From NCBI GenBank assembly GCA_965204745.1, contig OZ242010.1, forward strand, positions 3,936,001-4,000,000: a stretch of DNA of 64,000 nucleotides. Direction: 5' to 3'. Made by a program: the position numbers and the translations under genes. Positions 20,345 through 29,959 of the stretch are shown here, in pieces (the first letter of the stretch is position 1; each line of letters begins with the position of its first letter). The stretch is from Candidatus Latescibacterota bacterium. Its GTDB lineage: Bacteria; Latescibacterota; UBA2968. Below the pieces are notes generated by a model. It saw nothing but the letters and a program-made list of their open reading frames with translations. It ran no database searches and was not told the DNA's origin.

Positions 20345-21480
20345 GCCCGCCTCGCCTGCGATGCCCAATCCCCGCCATCCGCGATCAGATGGCGGACGAC
20401 TGTGGCAGGGTCGCCTGTGCGGTCGAGCAAGTCCATTTGCCGTTGCGCCCAGGTGGGGCGATGGGCCATGTCGAGAACGCGCTTGAGGAACGAGACGCAA
20501 CTGAGGTGGTCGGCGGTGGGAAGCAGGGCATCGACGAGTTCCTCGGCGATTTGCGGGACGGATTTGAGGTTGTGAGATGTGGAATCGACGAGTTGTGCGT
20601 CAATGCCGTAGCGCGACGCGTGCCACTTGTTTTGCCGGATGAGCATGGGGTGGCAGTCGTGTTGGTAGATGCCTTGGTCGATCTGATCGGACAGGGTACA
20701 GACCAAACACTGAATCAATGCGACCAAGCCCAAGGTGTCGCCGAGGGATCCGGGCATGTCGCAAATGCGAACCTCGACCGTGCCAAACGCATGGTGGGGG
20801 CGCACGTCCCACCAGATCTCGCGGATGGATTCGATGTAGCCAGTGTCGATGAGGTGGTTGATCAGCCACACGTATTCGCTCCAGTTCCGCATCAGGGGGG
20901 GCAACCCGGCCGTGGGCAGCCCCTCCATGATTTTTGAACGCCACGAGTGCAAGCCCGTAACGCGGCCCTCCCAAAACGGGCTGTTGCAAGACAGGGCCAA
21001 TAAGACGGGCAAATAACGCAAAATGCGGTCGCAGATCATAATGGCTTTGTCGCCGCTGTTGACGCCCACGTGGACGTGGAGTCCAAAAGTCACCAGTTGT
21101 CGGGCAGTGTCCTGAAGCAGGTTGACGAGACCCATGTATCGCTCGTTGGGCGTAATTTTTTGTTCGCGCCATGTGGAAAACGGGTGCGTGCCCGACCAGT
21201 AGAGTCGCGTGTTCTCCGCCGCCGCCGCTTTGGACAACACCCGAAGTTTGGCTTTGAGATCCGCTTCGACCTCGGCGAGGCTTTCGCAGACATCGGTGTT
21301 GAGTTCGACGTAGCACTGCATCAGTTCGGGCTTGATTTTGTCCGCGTATTTTTGGGGAATGCGATTGAGAATCGCGGCGTTTTTGCTGCACAAGGCCATG
21401 GTTTGGGCATCGACCAAAGCCAGTTCTATTTCCACGCCAACCGTGGGTTGGGCACTGGGATTAAAATCGAGTCGGGTCAT
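20341..21480 (-). CDS. YbdK-family carboxylate-amine (glutamate-cysteine) ligase
   Basis: TVGVEIE, GTHPF, FGLHVHVG and WWDVRP..FGTVEVRICD motifs. Confidence 0.9.
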   Translation of the reverse strand: MTRLDFNPSAQPTVGVEIELALVDAQTMALCSKNAAILNRIPQKYADKIKPELMQCYVELNTDVCESLAEVEADLKAKLRVLSKAAAAENTRLYWSGTHPFSTWREQKITPNERYMGLVNLLQDTARQLVTFGLHVHVGVNSGDKAIMICDRILRYLPVLLALSCNSPFWEGRVTGLHSWRSKIMEGLPTAGLPPLMRNWSEYVWLINHLIDTGYIESIREIWWDVRPHHAFGTVEVRICDMPGSLGDTLGLVALIQCLVCTLSDQIDQGIYQHDCHPMLIRQNKWHASRYGIDAQLVDSTSHNLKSVPQIAEELVDALLPTADHLSCVSFLKRVLDMAHRPTWAQRQMDLLDRTGDPATVVRHLIADGGDWASQARRA

Positions 21481-22688
21481 TGGGAATCTCCCTGGTTGTC
21501 GCGTGCTGGGTCAAAATAATGGATGACGCTGCGCGCGAGAATTTTCGCGCCAATCGTCAAGGCGCGTTCATCGAGGTCAAAGTCCGGGGCGTGCAATGGC
21601 GGGGCATTTCCCCCGGTTGGCCCGCATCCCAAGCGAAACAAGGCGCCGGGCACATGCGCGAGATAATTGGCAAAATCCTCGCCGCCCATGCTCGGTTCGG
21701 CGATGGCCTGAACGCCCGTTGCGCCCAATACATCGGTGGCGCTTTGGCGGATCAGATCGGTCAGCGCGGGATCGTTGTCAACCGATGGCGGCCCCACGGA
21801 AAACCGCACGTCAATGCGCGTGTCGGTGATGTTGCCCGCGCCCTGGGCAATTTTGAGAATGCGATCCATCGCGCGGGTTTGCGCTTTGGCATTGAGGGTT
21901 CGCAAGGTGCCGCGCAGCATGGCGTGGTCGGGAATGACATTGGGATTTTCGCCCGCTGCGATATGCCCGATAGACATGACAACCGGGTCGTGCGCGTCGA
22001 AGTTGCGCGGCAGGGCTTGGTAAAGCGCGGTGATGACCTGCACGCCCGCTGCGATGGGGTCTCGCGTTTCGCTCGGTCGCGCTGCATGTCCGCCTCGTCC
22101 GCGGATGTCGATTTCCATGCCCACGCAGTTGGCGGTGAGCACGCCTTGCCGAATGCCCACTGTGCCCGAGGGCCGCGAGGGGTCTAAATGCAGGCCGATC
22201 AGGCCGCAGACGTTTTGGAGCGCGCCAAAGGCGATCATGGCCAGCGCGCCGCGATTGGTTTCTTCGGCGGGCTGAAAAATGGCGCGCCAATGCACGGGCC
22301 ACGGCAACGCGGTCGCGCAATCCAACAGGCCCCAAACCGCGCCGAGCACGGTGGCGGTATGCCCATCGTGCCCACAGGCGTGCATCACCCCCGGCACCCG
22401 GCTGCGGTAGGGCACTTTCTTGACGTCTTGGATGTGTAGCGCGTCGATATCAGCGCGCAGGCCCAAGCGCGGGCCTTCCGATGCGTTGTCGGCAATCGCG
22501 CCACATCCATTCGGCCCCGGTTGCACAGCGCAGCCGGCCCGTTGCAACATATCGGTCAGGTAGCGCGTGGTCTCCACCTCGCAACCGCTGAGTTCGGGGT
22601 ACATGTGTAGGTCGCGGCGGACTTCCACCATTTTTTGTTTTCGCGCGTCGATGGCGCGGTCGAGTTTTTGCATCCAGGTGTCGGGCAT
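21477..22688 (-). CDS. M20D-family amidohydrolase
   Basis: RADIDAL, MHACGHDGH, FQPAEE and GEDF motifs. Confidence 0.9.
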   Translation of the reverse strand: MPDTWMQKLDRAIDARKQKMVEVRRDLHMYPELSGCEVETTRYLTDMLQRAGCAVQPGPNGCGAIADNASEGPRLGLRADIDALHIQDVKKVPYRSRVPGVMHACGHDGHTATVLGAVWGLLDCATALPWPVHWRAIFQPAEETNRGALAMIAFGALQNVCGLIGLHLDPSRPSGTVGIRQGVLTANCVGMEIDIRGRGGHAARPSETRDPIAAGVQVITALYQALPRNFDAHDPVVMSIGHIAAGENPNVIPDHAMLRGTLRTLNAKAQTRAMDRILKIAQGAGNITDTRIDVRFSVGPPSVDNDPALTDLIRQSATDVLGATGVQAIAEPSMGGEDFANYLAHVPGALFRLGCGPTGGNAPPLHAPDFDLDERALTIGAKILARSVIHYFDPARDNQGDSQ

Positions 22689-22861
22689 ATCTCTAAAATA
22701 GGGTGATTTGAATTTTTTGCACGACAAATTGTTTTAGATGGCGGCATCTCTCCATCGCGCATTTCCGCTTGACTTCCCATTGCGTATCGGTGAAATTGTC
22801 CGCAACAGAAAACGCGGGCGTAGCCCAAACGACGCCAACCCCATCGAGAAAGGAGCAGGAC

Positions 22862-23182
22862 ATGGCGATAGCAGTAGAAGAACTCGAAAGGAATGATGCT
22901 CGGATAGAATCAAAACAAGACGAACTGCAAAGCGAACAACTCGCACTGCGGGAACGTCAAACCAGGGTTGAAGAAACCGACAAGCGGATTCTCGACCAAC
23001 TGGTATTTATCCGCGAGGAGATCAAAATGCTGGCAACCAGCGTAGATAAGCGGTTTGACGCCATAGATAGGCGAATTGATCGTGTGGATACAAAGGCTCG
23101 CTGGATCATTTCGACCCTTGTCGCGTCTTTCATTGCAGGTGGCATATTGGGTTTCAACATGCTCAACTACTTTTTCAAATAG
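22862..23182 (+). CDS. Coiled-coil protein with C-terminal TM anchor (copy 1)
   Basis: AAGGAG RBS, heptad pattern, hydrophobic C-terminus. Confidence 0.7.
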   Translation: MAIAVEELERNDARIESKQDELQSEQLALRERQTRVEETDKRILDQLVFIREEIKMLATSVDKRFDAIDRRIDRVDTKARWIISTLVASFIAGGILGFNMLNYFFK

Positions 23183-23285
23183 GAGCGCGTTATGTGGAAG
23201 CGCATCATGCGGAAACGAGAAGTGCAACGGAATTATTTGGGCGCAGCCCAAAACGACGCCAACCCCATCGAGAAAGGAGCAGGAC

Positions 23286-23669
23286 ATGGCGATATCGGTT
23301 GAAGACATCGAGAAAACCAACACTCGGATAGAATCAAAACAAGACGAACTGCAAAGCGAACAACTCGCACTGCGGGAACGTCAAACCAGGGTTGAAGAAA
23401 CCGACAAGCGGATTCTCGACCAACTGGTATTTATCCGCGAGGAGATCAAAATGCTGGCAACCAGCGTAGATAAGCGGTTTGATGCCATAGATAAGCAATT
23501 TGATGCCATAGATAAGCAATTTGACGCCATAGAAAAGCGTATCGACGCTTTGGAAAGGCGGATTGATCGCGTGGATACAAAGGCTCGCTGGATCATTTCG
23601 ACCCTTGTCGCGTCTTTCATTGCGGGTGGCATATTGGGTTTCAACATGCTCAACTACTTTTTCAAATAG
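23286..23669 (+). CDS. Coiled-coil protein with C-terminal TM anchor (copy 2, 3 extra heptads)
   Basis: Near-identical tandem duplicate with 63 extra nt of 21-bp repeats. Confidence 0.7.
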   Translation: MAISVEDIEKTNTRIESKQDELQSEQLALRERQTRVEETDKRILDQLVFIREEIKMLATSVDKRFDAIDKQFDAIDKQFDAIEKRIDALERRIDRVDTKARWIISTLVASFIAGGILGFNMLNYFFK

Positions 23670-23678
23670 GAGCGCGTT

Positions 23679-23939
23679 ATGTGGAAGCATATCATGCGGA
23701 AACGAGAAGTGCAACGGAATTATTTCCGAGTCGGTTTGATTACGGGCCTTGCCCTAGGGGGGCTCGCCATCTTGGGTCTGTTTTTGTGGTCGGAAACCGG
23801 GCGAAATACGCGCGGGCGTTTGGGACAGACTGTTCAGCGCGTGCGGACTCGGCTCAATGGCGGGGCGGGATCCAATGGTTCAGCAGATGTTCAGGCTCCA
23901 CCTGTAAAAGAAAAATCTGCCGATGCAAAAAAGTCTTAA
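23679..23939 (+). CDS. Small single-TM membrane protein
   Basis: AGGAG RBS, one hydrophobic helix. Confidence 0.55.
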   Translation: MWKHIMRKREVQRNYFRVGLITGLALGGLAILGLFLWSETGRNTRGRLGQTVQRVRTRLNGGAGSNGSADVQAPPVKEKSADAKKS

Positions 23940-23950
23940 AACGCGATCTG

Positions 23951-24451
23951 ATGAATTTGATTTCCAAACCCGCTGCGTATCCCATATACGCCATCGTGGA
24001 AAATGTGCGCTCCCTGTTCAATGTGGGCGCGATATTCCGCTCGGCAGATGGGGTCAATGCCTCGGGGATTTATCTCACGGGCTTTACGGGATGCCCGCCG
24101 CGCAGGGAAATCAGCCGCGTGGCATTGGGCGCAGAAGACAGCGTGCCCTGGCAGTATGAACGCGAGACAGAAACCGCGATCAGCAACTTGCGTGCAACAG
24201 GCGTGCAGGTGGTCGCATTGGAGCAAACGCCCGATAGCGTCGATTTTCGCGCCTTTCCCTATCGCTACCCGGTGGCCGTGATCTTGGGCCATGAAGTGAT
24301 GGGCGTGCGCCCCGAAACCCTGAGTTTGTGCGATGGCGTTGTCCACATTCCGATGTTGGGACACAAAGCGTCATTGAATGTGTCTGTCGCCGCGGGGATC
24401 GTGCTGTATGAGTTGTTGTCCGTTTATGAAAAACGGGAGATGGATGTTTAG
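23951..24451 (+). CDS. SpoU/TrmH-family RNA methyltransferase
   Basis: NVGAIFRSAD, GHEVMG and IPMLG.KASLNVSVA motifs. Confidence 0.88.
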   Translation: MNLISKPAAYPIYAIVENVRSLFNVGAIFRSADGVNASGIYLTGFTGCPPRREISRVALGAEDSVPWQYERETETAISNLRATGVQVVALEQTPDSVDFRAFPYRYPVAVILGHEVMGVRPETLSLCDGVVHIPMLGHKASLNVSVAAGIVLYELLSVYEKREMDV

Positions 24452-24623
24452 CCACGAGCGGGGTACAACTGGCGACAGCCAGTTCAAAGGCGAGTAGTGT
24501 GTAGGGGCGATGCCCCGTGCTCGCCCGAAGATACAAGATGAAAGACAGGCAACTCCAAAAGTTACTGGACTCCGGCGAATGACGATAGGCGGATGTCTCG
24601 CCTCAAAGAAAGGATGTATCCCA

Positions 24624-25823
24624 ATGCGTTTACGCTTTTGCGCTGTGTTGTGTGTGTTGATGGTCTCGAGCGGGGGGCTGTGGGCCGAATCGCAGGTGTT
24701 CTTTGTGGCAAACGGCCCGATGGCCTCCGATTTTGATGGCGATGGCGCGGTGGCGTTTGCCGATTTTTTGTACTTTGTCAATCATTTTAATCGCAATGCC
24801 GAAAGCGCGGGCTATGATCCGCACACGGATTTGAACGAGGACGGAGTCACGAATTTCAGCGATTTTTTGGCGTTGAGCGCCGCGTATGGTCAAACGCAGG
24901 CCCAGGTTGAACCGAGTGGGGATCGATACATTATTTACGTGGCGGATTCGGATGACAGTTCGGTTATGGCACTGGATTTTGACTCGCATCTCTTGCTCGA
25001 TTACATGCCCTATCGCGGGCCGGGTGGGGTGATGGTGTCTGCGGATCAGCAGGCGATTTACGTGGCCGAGGTGTTCGGGTTTTTCAAGATGGACACGCGG
25101 CATCAGGTGCAGTTTAGCGTGCCGGTTGAATCCCGAGGCAAAGCCGTGCTGAGTCTGGATCAGACGCGGGCTTATGTCTCGGATCAAGTGCGCGACATGG
25201 TGCGCGTGGTGGATGTGGTCAATGGCGTCGCCGTGGATTCCATTTTGGTGGGCAATCGGCCCATTGACCTCGCGCTCTCGCCCGATGGTGCGACCCTGTA
25301 CGTGGTCAATCAAACCGATCAAAACGTGGTGGTGGTCGATCTGGCAATCGCGACAGTGACGCATCGGATCACTATCGGCGCGATTCCGGGGGAGATCGTC
25401 ATTACCGGGAATGGCACGCGGGCTTATGTGACCAATTTGACGCACGGGTTGATCTCTGTTTTAGACCTCGATGCCAATCGCGTGGTGGGCCAGATTCAAC
25501 TCGATCAAGAGGCGTGTTTTGGCGCGGAACTCTCGCCCGATGGCACGGTGATGTACGTGAGCGCGCGGGGCGCGTTGCTCGCGGTTGACGTGCAGCGCAA
25601 TTTGATCGTGCGAACCCTGGCTTTGGGAAATAATTCGACTGTGCTCGGGATTTCGCCCGATGGCTCTCGGGCCTATGTCACGACGCTTGTGCAACAGGCC
25701 GGCGGGCCGGGGCTTACTGTGGTGGATTTGAATGCGTGGGCCATTCTCGGGCGAGTGCGCGGGGTCAGTTTCCCCAGGGAAATCGCGTTCCGCACTGCGC
25801 CGCGAGAGACGGCGTCTCAGTAA
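24624..25823 (+). CDS. Secreted protein: EF-hand/dockerin-like pair plus YVTN beta-propeller
   Basis: Signal peptide, DFDGDGAVAFADF...DLNEDGVTNFSDF, SPDG..YV.N repeats. Confidence 0.75.
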   Translation: MRLRFCAVLCVLMVSSGGLWAESQVFFVANGPMASDFDGDGAVAFADFLYFVNHFNRNAESAGYDPHTDLNEDGVTNFSDFLALSAAYGQTQAQVEPSGDRYIIYVADSDDSSVMALDFDSHLLLDYMPYRGPGGVMVSADQQAIYVAEVFGFFKMDTRHQVQFSVPVESRGKAVLSLDQTRAYVSDQVRDMVRVVDVVNGVAVDSILVGNRPIDLALSPDGATLYVVNQTDQNVVVVDLAIATVTHRITIGAIPGEIVITGNGTRAYVTNLTHGLISVLDLDANRVVGQIQLDQEACFGAELSPDGTVMYVSARGALLAVDVQRNLIVRTLALGNNSTVLGISPDGSRAYVTTLVQQAGGPGLTVVDLNAWAILGRVRGVSFPREIAFRTAPRETASQ

Positions 25824-25895
25824 AGAAACGCGGCTGAAACGCAAATGGGTACTCATCGCCAGTATGAGTGCCCAATTTTTTTGTCGTATCACAAC

Positions 25896-26858
25896 TCAAT
25901 CGTCATCGCGCGGTGGGACGATCAGGCGGAAGAGCACGGGGTGGTGATCCGAGTAGTATTGTGCAAATAGGTTTCCGTTGTACGGATCGCCGGGATAGGG
26001 GCCGGTGTCTCGCCACGCAGGGCGCATGGCGTCGATGAGGTCGATCACCTGAAAGTCAAACGTCTCATCCACCTCGTCCAATTCGGGACGTGCGGCCGGG
26101 CGATACAAGATGTGGTCGTAGGGTTTGTTGCGCGTGGTCGCGGTGTTCGTTTTGTCGCACTGGTCATTTAGGGATACGAATCCCGGCGGTGTGACGGCCT
26201 CGAGTTCGGCCATGTGTTCGATGTTCATATCTCCAACGATGTAGAAATCCCGCTCCCGGGCGTCATTTTGGTCGATCCAATTTGCAATGCCCGAAAGCTC
26301 GGCCTTGCGTTTTTCGGCTGCGCGGGCGCCTGGGTGCAAATGGACATTGACGACGACAAAATCCATTCTGCCATCTGCGGTGCGAAACCCGTGCGCGTGT
26401 GGCACGCGGCGATACACGGGATGGGCCGACCGGTCTTCGGCCAGGAATCCGTGGGGCAAATCATCGGCGAGGGCGAGTTTGGCGGGCTTGTAAAAGACCA
26501 CGGACCACTCGGTGCTCGCGCTCCGCTTGTGGTTGGATTGCCCGCTGCCCGTGTCTTCACACGACAGGGAATAGGCAAAGCCCTGCGCGCTCATGGCATT
26601 GAAAAACGCATCGGCTTCCGCGTCTTCGCGGTAGGGCGTGCCATCGCAGTAGTGGTCGTTGTCAGGCGGCGCGACGAGTTCTTGGACGACGACCATATCG
26701 TATTGCCCGACCAACTCGGCGAGGCTTTGGTTGTCCTTCTTTTTGTACAGGCCGACGAATTTGATGTTGAAAGAACAGACCGTGATCTCGTATTCCTCAA
26801 CCGCCGGTTGGCAGCCCAAGAACAACAGCAAAGCGCAGGGTAGGAGAAATTTTTTCAT
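25896..26858 (-). CDS. Endonuclease/exonuclease/phosphatase (DNase I-like) lipoprotein
   Basis: Lipobox FLGC; SFNI, QE, GDMN, YDHI and SDHHP motifs. Confidence 0.85.
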   Translation of the reverse strand: MKKFLLPCALLLFLGCQPAVEEYEITVCSFNIKFVGLYKKKDNQSLAELVGQYDMVVVQELVAPPDNDHYCDGTPYREDAEADAFFNAMSAQGFAYSLSCEDTGSGQSNHKRSASTEWSVVFYKPAKLALADDLPHGFLAEDRSAHPVYRRVPHAHGFRTADGRMDFVVVNVHLHPGARAAEKRKAELSGIANWIDQNDARERDFYIVGDMNIEHMAELEAVTPPGFVSLNDQCDKTNTATTRNKPYDHILYRPAARPELDEVDETFDFQVIDLIDAMRPAWRDTGPYPGDPYNGNLFAQYYSDHHPVLFRLIVPPRDDD

Positions 26859-26864
26859 GATCGT

Positions 26865-27563
26865 TTACCGGGTGGGATCGGCCACAAACAGATCGAGACA
26901 GTCTGCCATAAGGCGGTTGATGCGGTCAAAACGCCGGTGATCGATCAGGATTTCATGGGCGGGTTGGATATAGGGCGCGTTGACGAGTTCATCGTTGCAG
27001 TGATCGATCAGGGCTTGGGCCGCGCTACGCGTTGTTTCCAAGTGAAATTGAAATGCGAGCACGCGAGTGCCTATCGAGAACGCCTGATTTTGACAAGCCC
27101 TGCTCTCGGCGAGGTGCGCTACGCCATCGGGCAGGTCAAACGCGTCGCCGTGCCAGTGAAAAACATCGCCAGCCCGCGCGAGCAGCGACCCGATTGCACC
27201 GTGCGGTTGCACGGCCGCGATGGGAAACCAGCCGATTTCTTTGTGCGCGTTGGGATAGACCCGCGCGCCGAGCACCGCGGCGATGAGTTGCGAACCCAAG
27301 CAGACGCCCAAGACCCGGGTTTCGGAATCCAGTGCGCGTTTCAAAAATTCTTTCTCTCGCACGAGCCACGGGTATTCATCCTCGTCATAGACGCCCATCG
27401 GCCCGCCCATCACCACCAACAAGTCGATCTCATCGGGCGACGGACAAACCTCGCCAGCAAAGAGGCGCGTGCAGGAGACTTGAGCGCGCCGCGCCTTCGC
27501 CCAATCCGCAATGCTGCCGAGCCCCTCAAAGGGCACATGCTGGAGATAGTGCAGTCTCATCAT
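26865..27563 (-). CDS. Type 1 glutamine amidotransferase
   Basis: GGPMG, GVCLGSQ and FQFHLE motifs. Confidence 0.88.
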   Translation of the reverse strand: MMRLHYLQHVPFEGLGSIADWAKARRAQVSCTRLFAGEVCPSPDEIDLLVVMGGPMGVYDEDEYPWLVREKEFLKRALDSETRVLGVCLGSQLIAAVLGARVYPNAHKEIGWFPIAAVQPHGAIGSLLARAGDVFHWHGDAFDLPDGVAHLAESRACQNQAFSIGTRVLAFQFHLETTRSAAQALIDHCNDELVNAPYIQPAHEILIDHRRFDRINRLMADCLDLFVADPTR

Positions 27564-28003
27564 CGACCTTTCAAGCGACCTGTTTCTTTTGAGGCCATTA
27601 AAACGCATCCATTCAGGCGGGCAACTGACTACTGACTAGGTCGTAATGTGTTGCTTGCTGATTTTAATGCGTTTGGTCCTATAGCCTCGTTGGTTGCCTC
27701 CGATGCCTTCGGCGACCTACTTTTTTTCAACAGCAAAAAAAAGTAGGCAAAAAATGCCGCTCTCAAACGCCGAGAGGCTTGCACAGCGCAAATCGCTTTT
27801 GTAACCGCACGACATGCGTTGGCCTACAAAGTGGGTTGCATAATGGATGTTGGTTGCGAAACGGACTTGCGCGCTGTGCGTGATGGCTTTCGCTGATGGG
27901 CGTTTGCGATGGCATTGTTGCCATGACTTCTCTGAATGACTGCGGAACATCAAGGGATCGCTTGCTGTCAGTATATCGCATCACATTAGGGCAACAGTTA
28001 GTA

Positions 28004-29956
28004 TTACACCACGCGGGCACCTGCCCGTGGTTGTTTTGCATCAGCCGTTTCCACAGCCGCCATGATGCCTTCGATATAGGAATCCGCCACTTCTTCTTTT
28101 TGCTTTTGTTGTTGTTCGTAGAGCAAGCAGTACACTTCGCATTCGGTCAGCAAGTCATCGTGGACGCCCCAGCCGGCCATGCGCCCGTTGTCCAAGACCA
28201 AAATGCGATCCGCGCGCATCGCCGTGGAAATGCGGTGGGTGATCACAAAGGTCGAGCGGCCCTCCATCAAGTGGTCGAGGGTCTGTTGGATTTTGGCTTC
28301 TGTTTTTGCGTCGAGTGCCGAGGTCGTATCGTCCAAAATGAGAATGCTGGGATCGGTGACGACGGCCATTGCAAAGGCGAGGCGTTGTTTTTGCCCGCCG
28401 GACAGGTTGGTGCCGCGTTCTTCCACGCGGGCCTCGTATTTTTCCGGCAAGGTCATGATGAAATCGTGCAACTCTGCGGCTCTGGCCGCGGCCATCACTT
28501 GCTCGGGCGTGGTATTGGGCCGGCCGTAGCGGATGTTCTCGGCTATCGTGCCGGAAAACAACACGGGTTCTTGCGGCACCATGCTGATGTGATTTCGCAG
28601 GGAGGAGATTTTGAGGTCTTGGACGTCGTAATCGTCCAAAATAATTTTGCCTTCTGAAGGTTCGTACAGGCGCATCAGCAAACTGACCAACGTGCTCTTT
28701 CCCGCGCCCGAAGGCCCGACCACGGCGACTGAAGTGCCCGGGCGGACCACAAAATTGAGGCCTCGAATCGCGTAATCGCCCGCCTCGGTGTACCGAAAAG
28801 ACACGTTGCGAAACGCCACGCGCCCGCGCACCGCGTCCAAGGTTTTCGCGTCCGGCTTGTCTTGGATGATCACCTCTTCGTCGAGCACCTCAAACACGCG
28901 GCTGATCACCACCAACATCTGTTGCAACACGGCATTCACATTCGCCAAAGCCACCAAGGGGGAAAACAGATTGCCCATCGACATGTTGAAATAGATCAGA
29001 TCTCCAACCGTCATCGCGCCGTTGCGAACTTGCAACGCGCCAAAGTAAAAGATCAACGCCATCGCCACGCCGCCCACCACCGAACAGGTCGCCCCGAGCG
29101 CGGAACTCAACACGGACTGTTTGACGCCCAAGCGATACAGCGCGATCAGCCGCCTAAAAAAATCCCGAAATTCCCGGCGTTCACGCGCGTAGGACAAGAT
29201 GAGGCGAATCCCTTTTGCGCGCTCTTCCAAAAAGCCGGAGACCTCGGCGTAATCCTCCCGAAACCGGGTAAAAACATTGGCAATGGGACGCTGAAACACC
29301 TTGTAAGTCACCACGTAAGCCGGCAACACCACAAAGGCGAGCAGCGCGAGTTTGACGTCTATCGTGAACAGAATCACCGTCCCCATCAAAATGCGCGCGA
29401 CGTGGCGCGTGGTTTCGACAAAGGTCGTGGTGATTTCGCTTTGCAACAGGCCCACGTCGTCCAAAATGCGCGCCATGATTTTTCCGGTCTGTTGCCGGTC
29501 GAAAAACGTCATTTGCAACTTTTGCACCTTCTCGTGCAGATCCAGACGAATGCGAAAGACGATCCGCTGTCCCACATAAGCGATGCTGTACGTGTAAAAC
29601 CAGTTGATCGTGGCAAAGCACGATCTGACGATTAGATAGAGGACGAAAATCCAGCCGAGCCATTCCAGTTTTTCCGTGCGCGTCTTTGGCTGGACCAACG
29701 CTTTGCCAAACTCGGGAAGCGTCGCGTGGGGGTCTCGCCGCGGGCGCTTGTCCGCCTGAATCGACGCTTGCCTGCGCGCTTCTGAAACGACTTCCTCCGA
29801 CGGCTTGAGTTGCAGGACTTCGTCGACCGTGATTTTGGAAATGAACCCGAGCAAAAACGTATAGGACGACGTGACGGTCGCCATCGCGATGACCATCAGC
29901 ATCCGCCCCCAATACGGCTTGATGTACAAGCGGATAAATCGCTTCAAACTTGCCAT
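28004..29956 (-). CDS. ABC exporter, fused TMD-NBD
   Basis: TM domain, GPSGAGKS, LSGGQKQR, degenerate Walker B ILDD. Confidence 0.9.
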   Translation of the reverse strand: MASLKRFIRLYIKPYWGRMLMVIAMATVTSSYTFLLGFISKITVDEVLQLKPSEEVVSEARRQASIQADKRPRRDPHATLPEFGKALVQPKTRTEKLEWLGWIFVLYLIVRSCFATINWFYTYSIAYVGQRIVFRIRLDLHEKVQKLQMTFFDRQQTGKIMARILDDVGLLQSEITTTFVETTRHVARILMGTVILFTIDVKLALLAFVVLPAYVVTYKVFQRPIANVFTRFREDYAEVSGFLEERAKGIRLILSYARERREFRDFFRRLIALYRLGVKQSVLSSALGATCSVVGGVAMALIFYFGALQVRNGAMTVGDLIYFNMSMGNLFSPLVALANVNAVLQQMLVVISRVFEVLDEEVIIQDKPDAKTLDAVRGRVAFRNVSFRYTEAGDYAIRGLNFVVRPGTSVAVVGPSGAGKSTLVSLLMRLYEPSEGKIILDDYDVQDLKISSLRNHISMVPQEPVLFSGTIAENIRYGRPNTTPEQVMAAARAAELHDFIMTLPEKYEARVEERGTNLSGGQKQRLAFAMAVVTDPSILILDDTTSALDAKTEAKIQQTLDHLMEGRSTFVITHRISTAMRADRILVLDNGRMAGWGVHDDLLTECEVYCLLYEQQQKQKEEVADSYIEGIMAAVETADAKQPRAGARVV

Positions 29957-29959
29957 AAC

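Noticed and set aside
27630-27995. ISAs1-like end (TTTTAATGCGTTTGGTCCTA) and a CCTACTTTTTTT/AAAAAAAGTAGG hairpin
   Set aside because: Single short matches with no transposase or second end, too weak to call.
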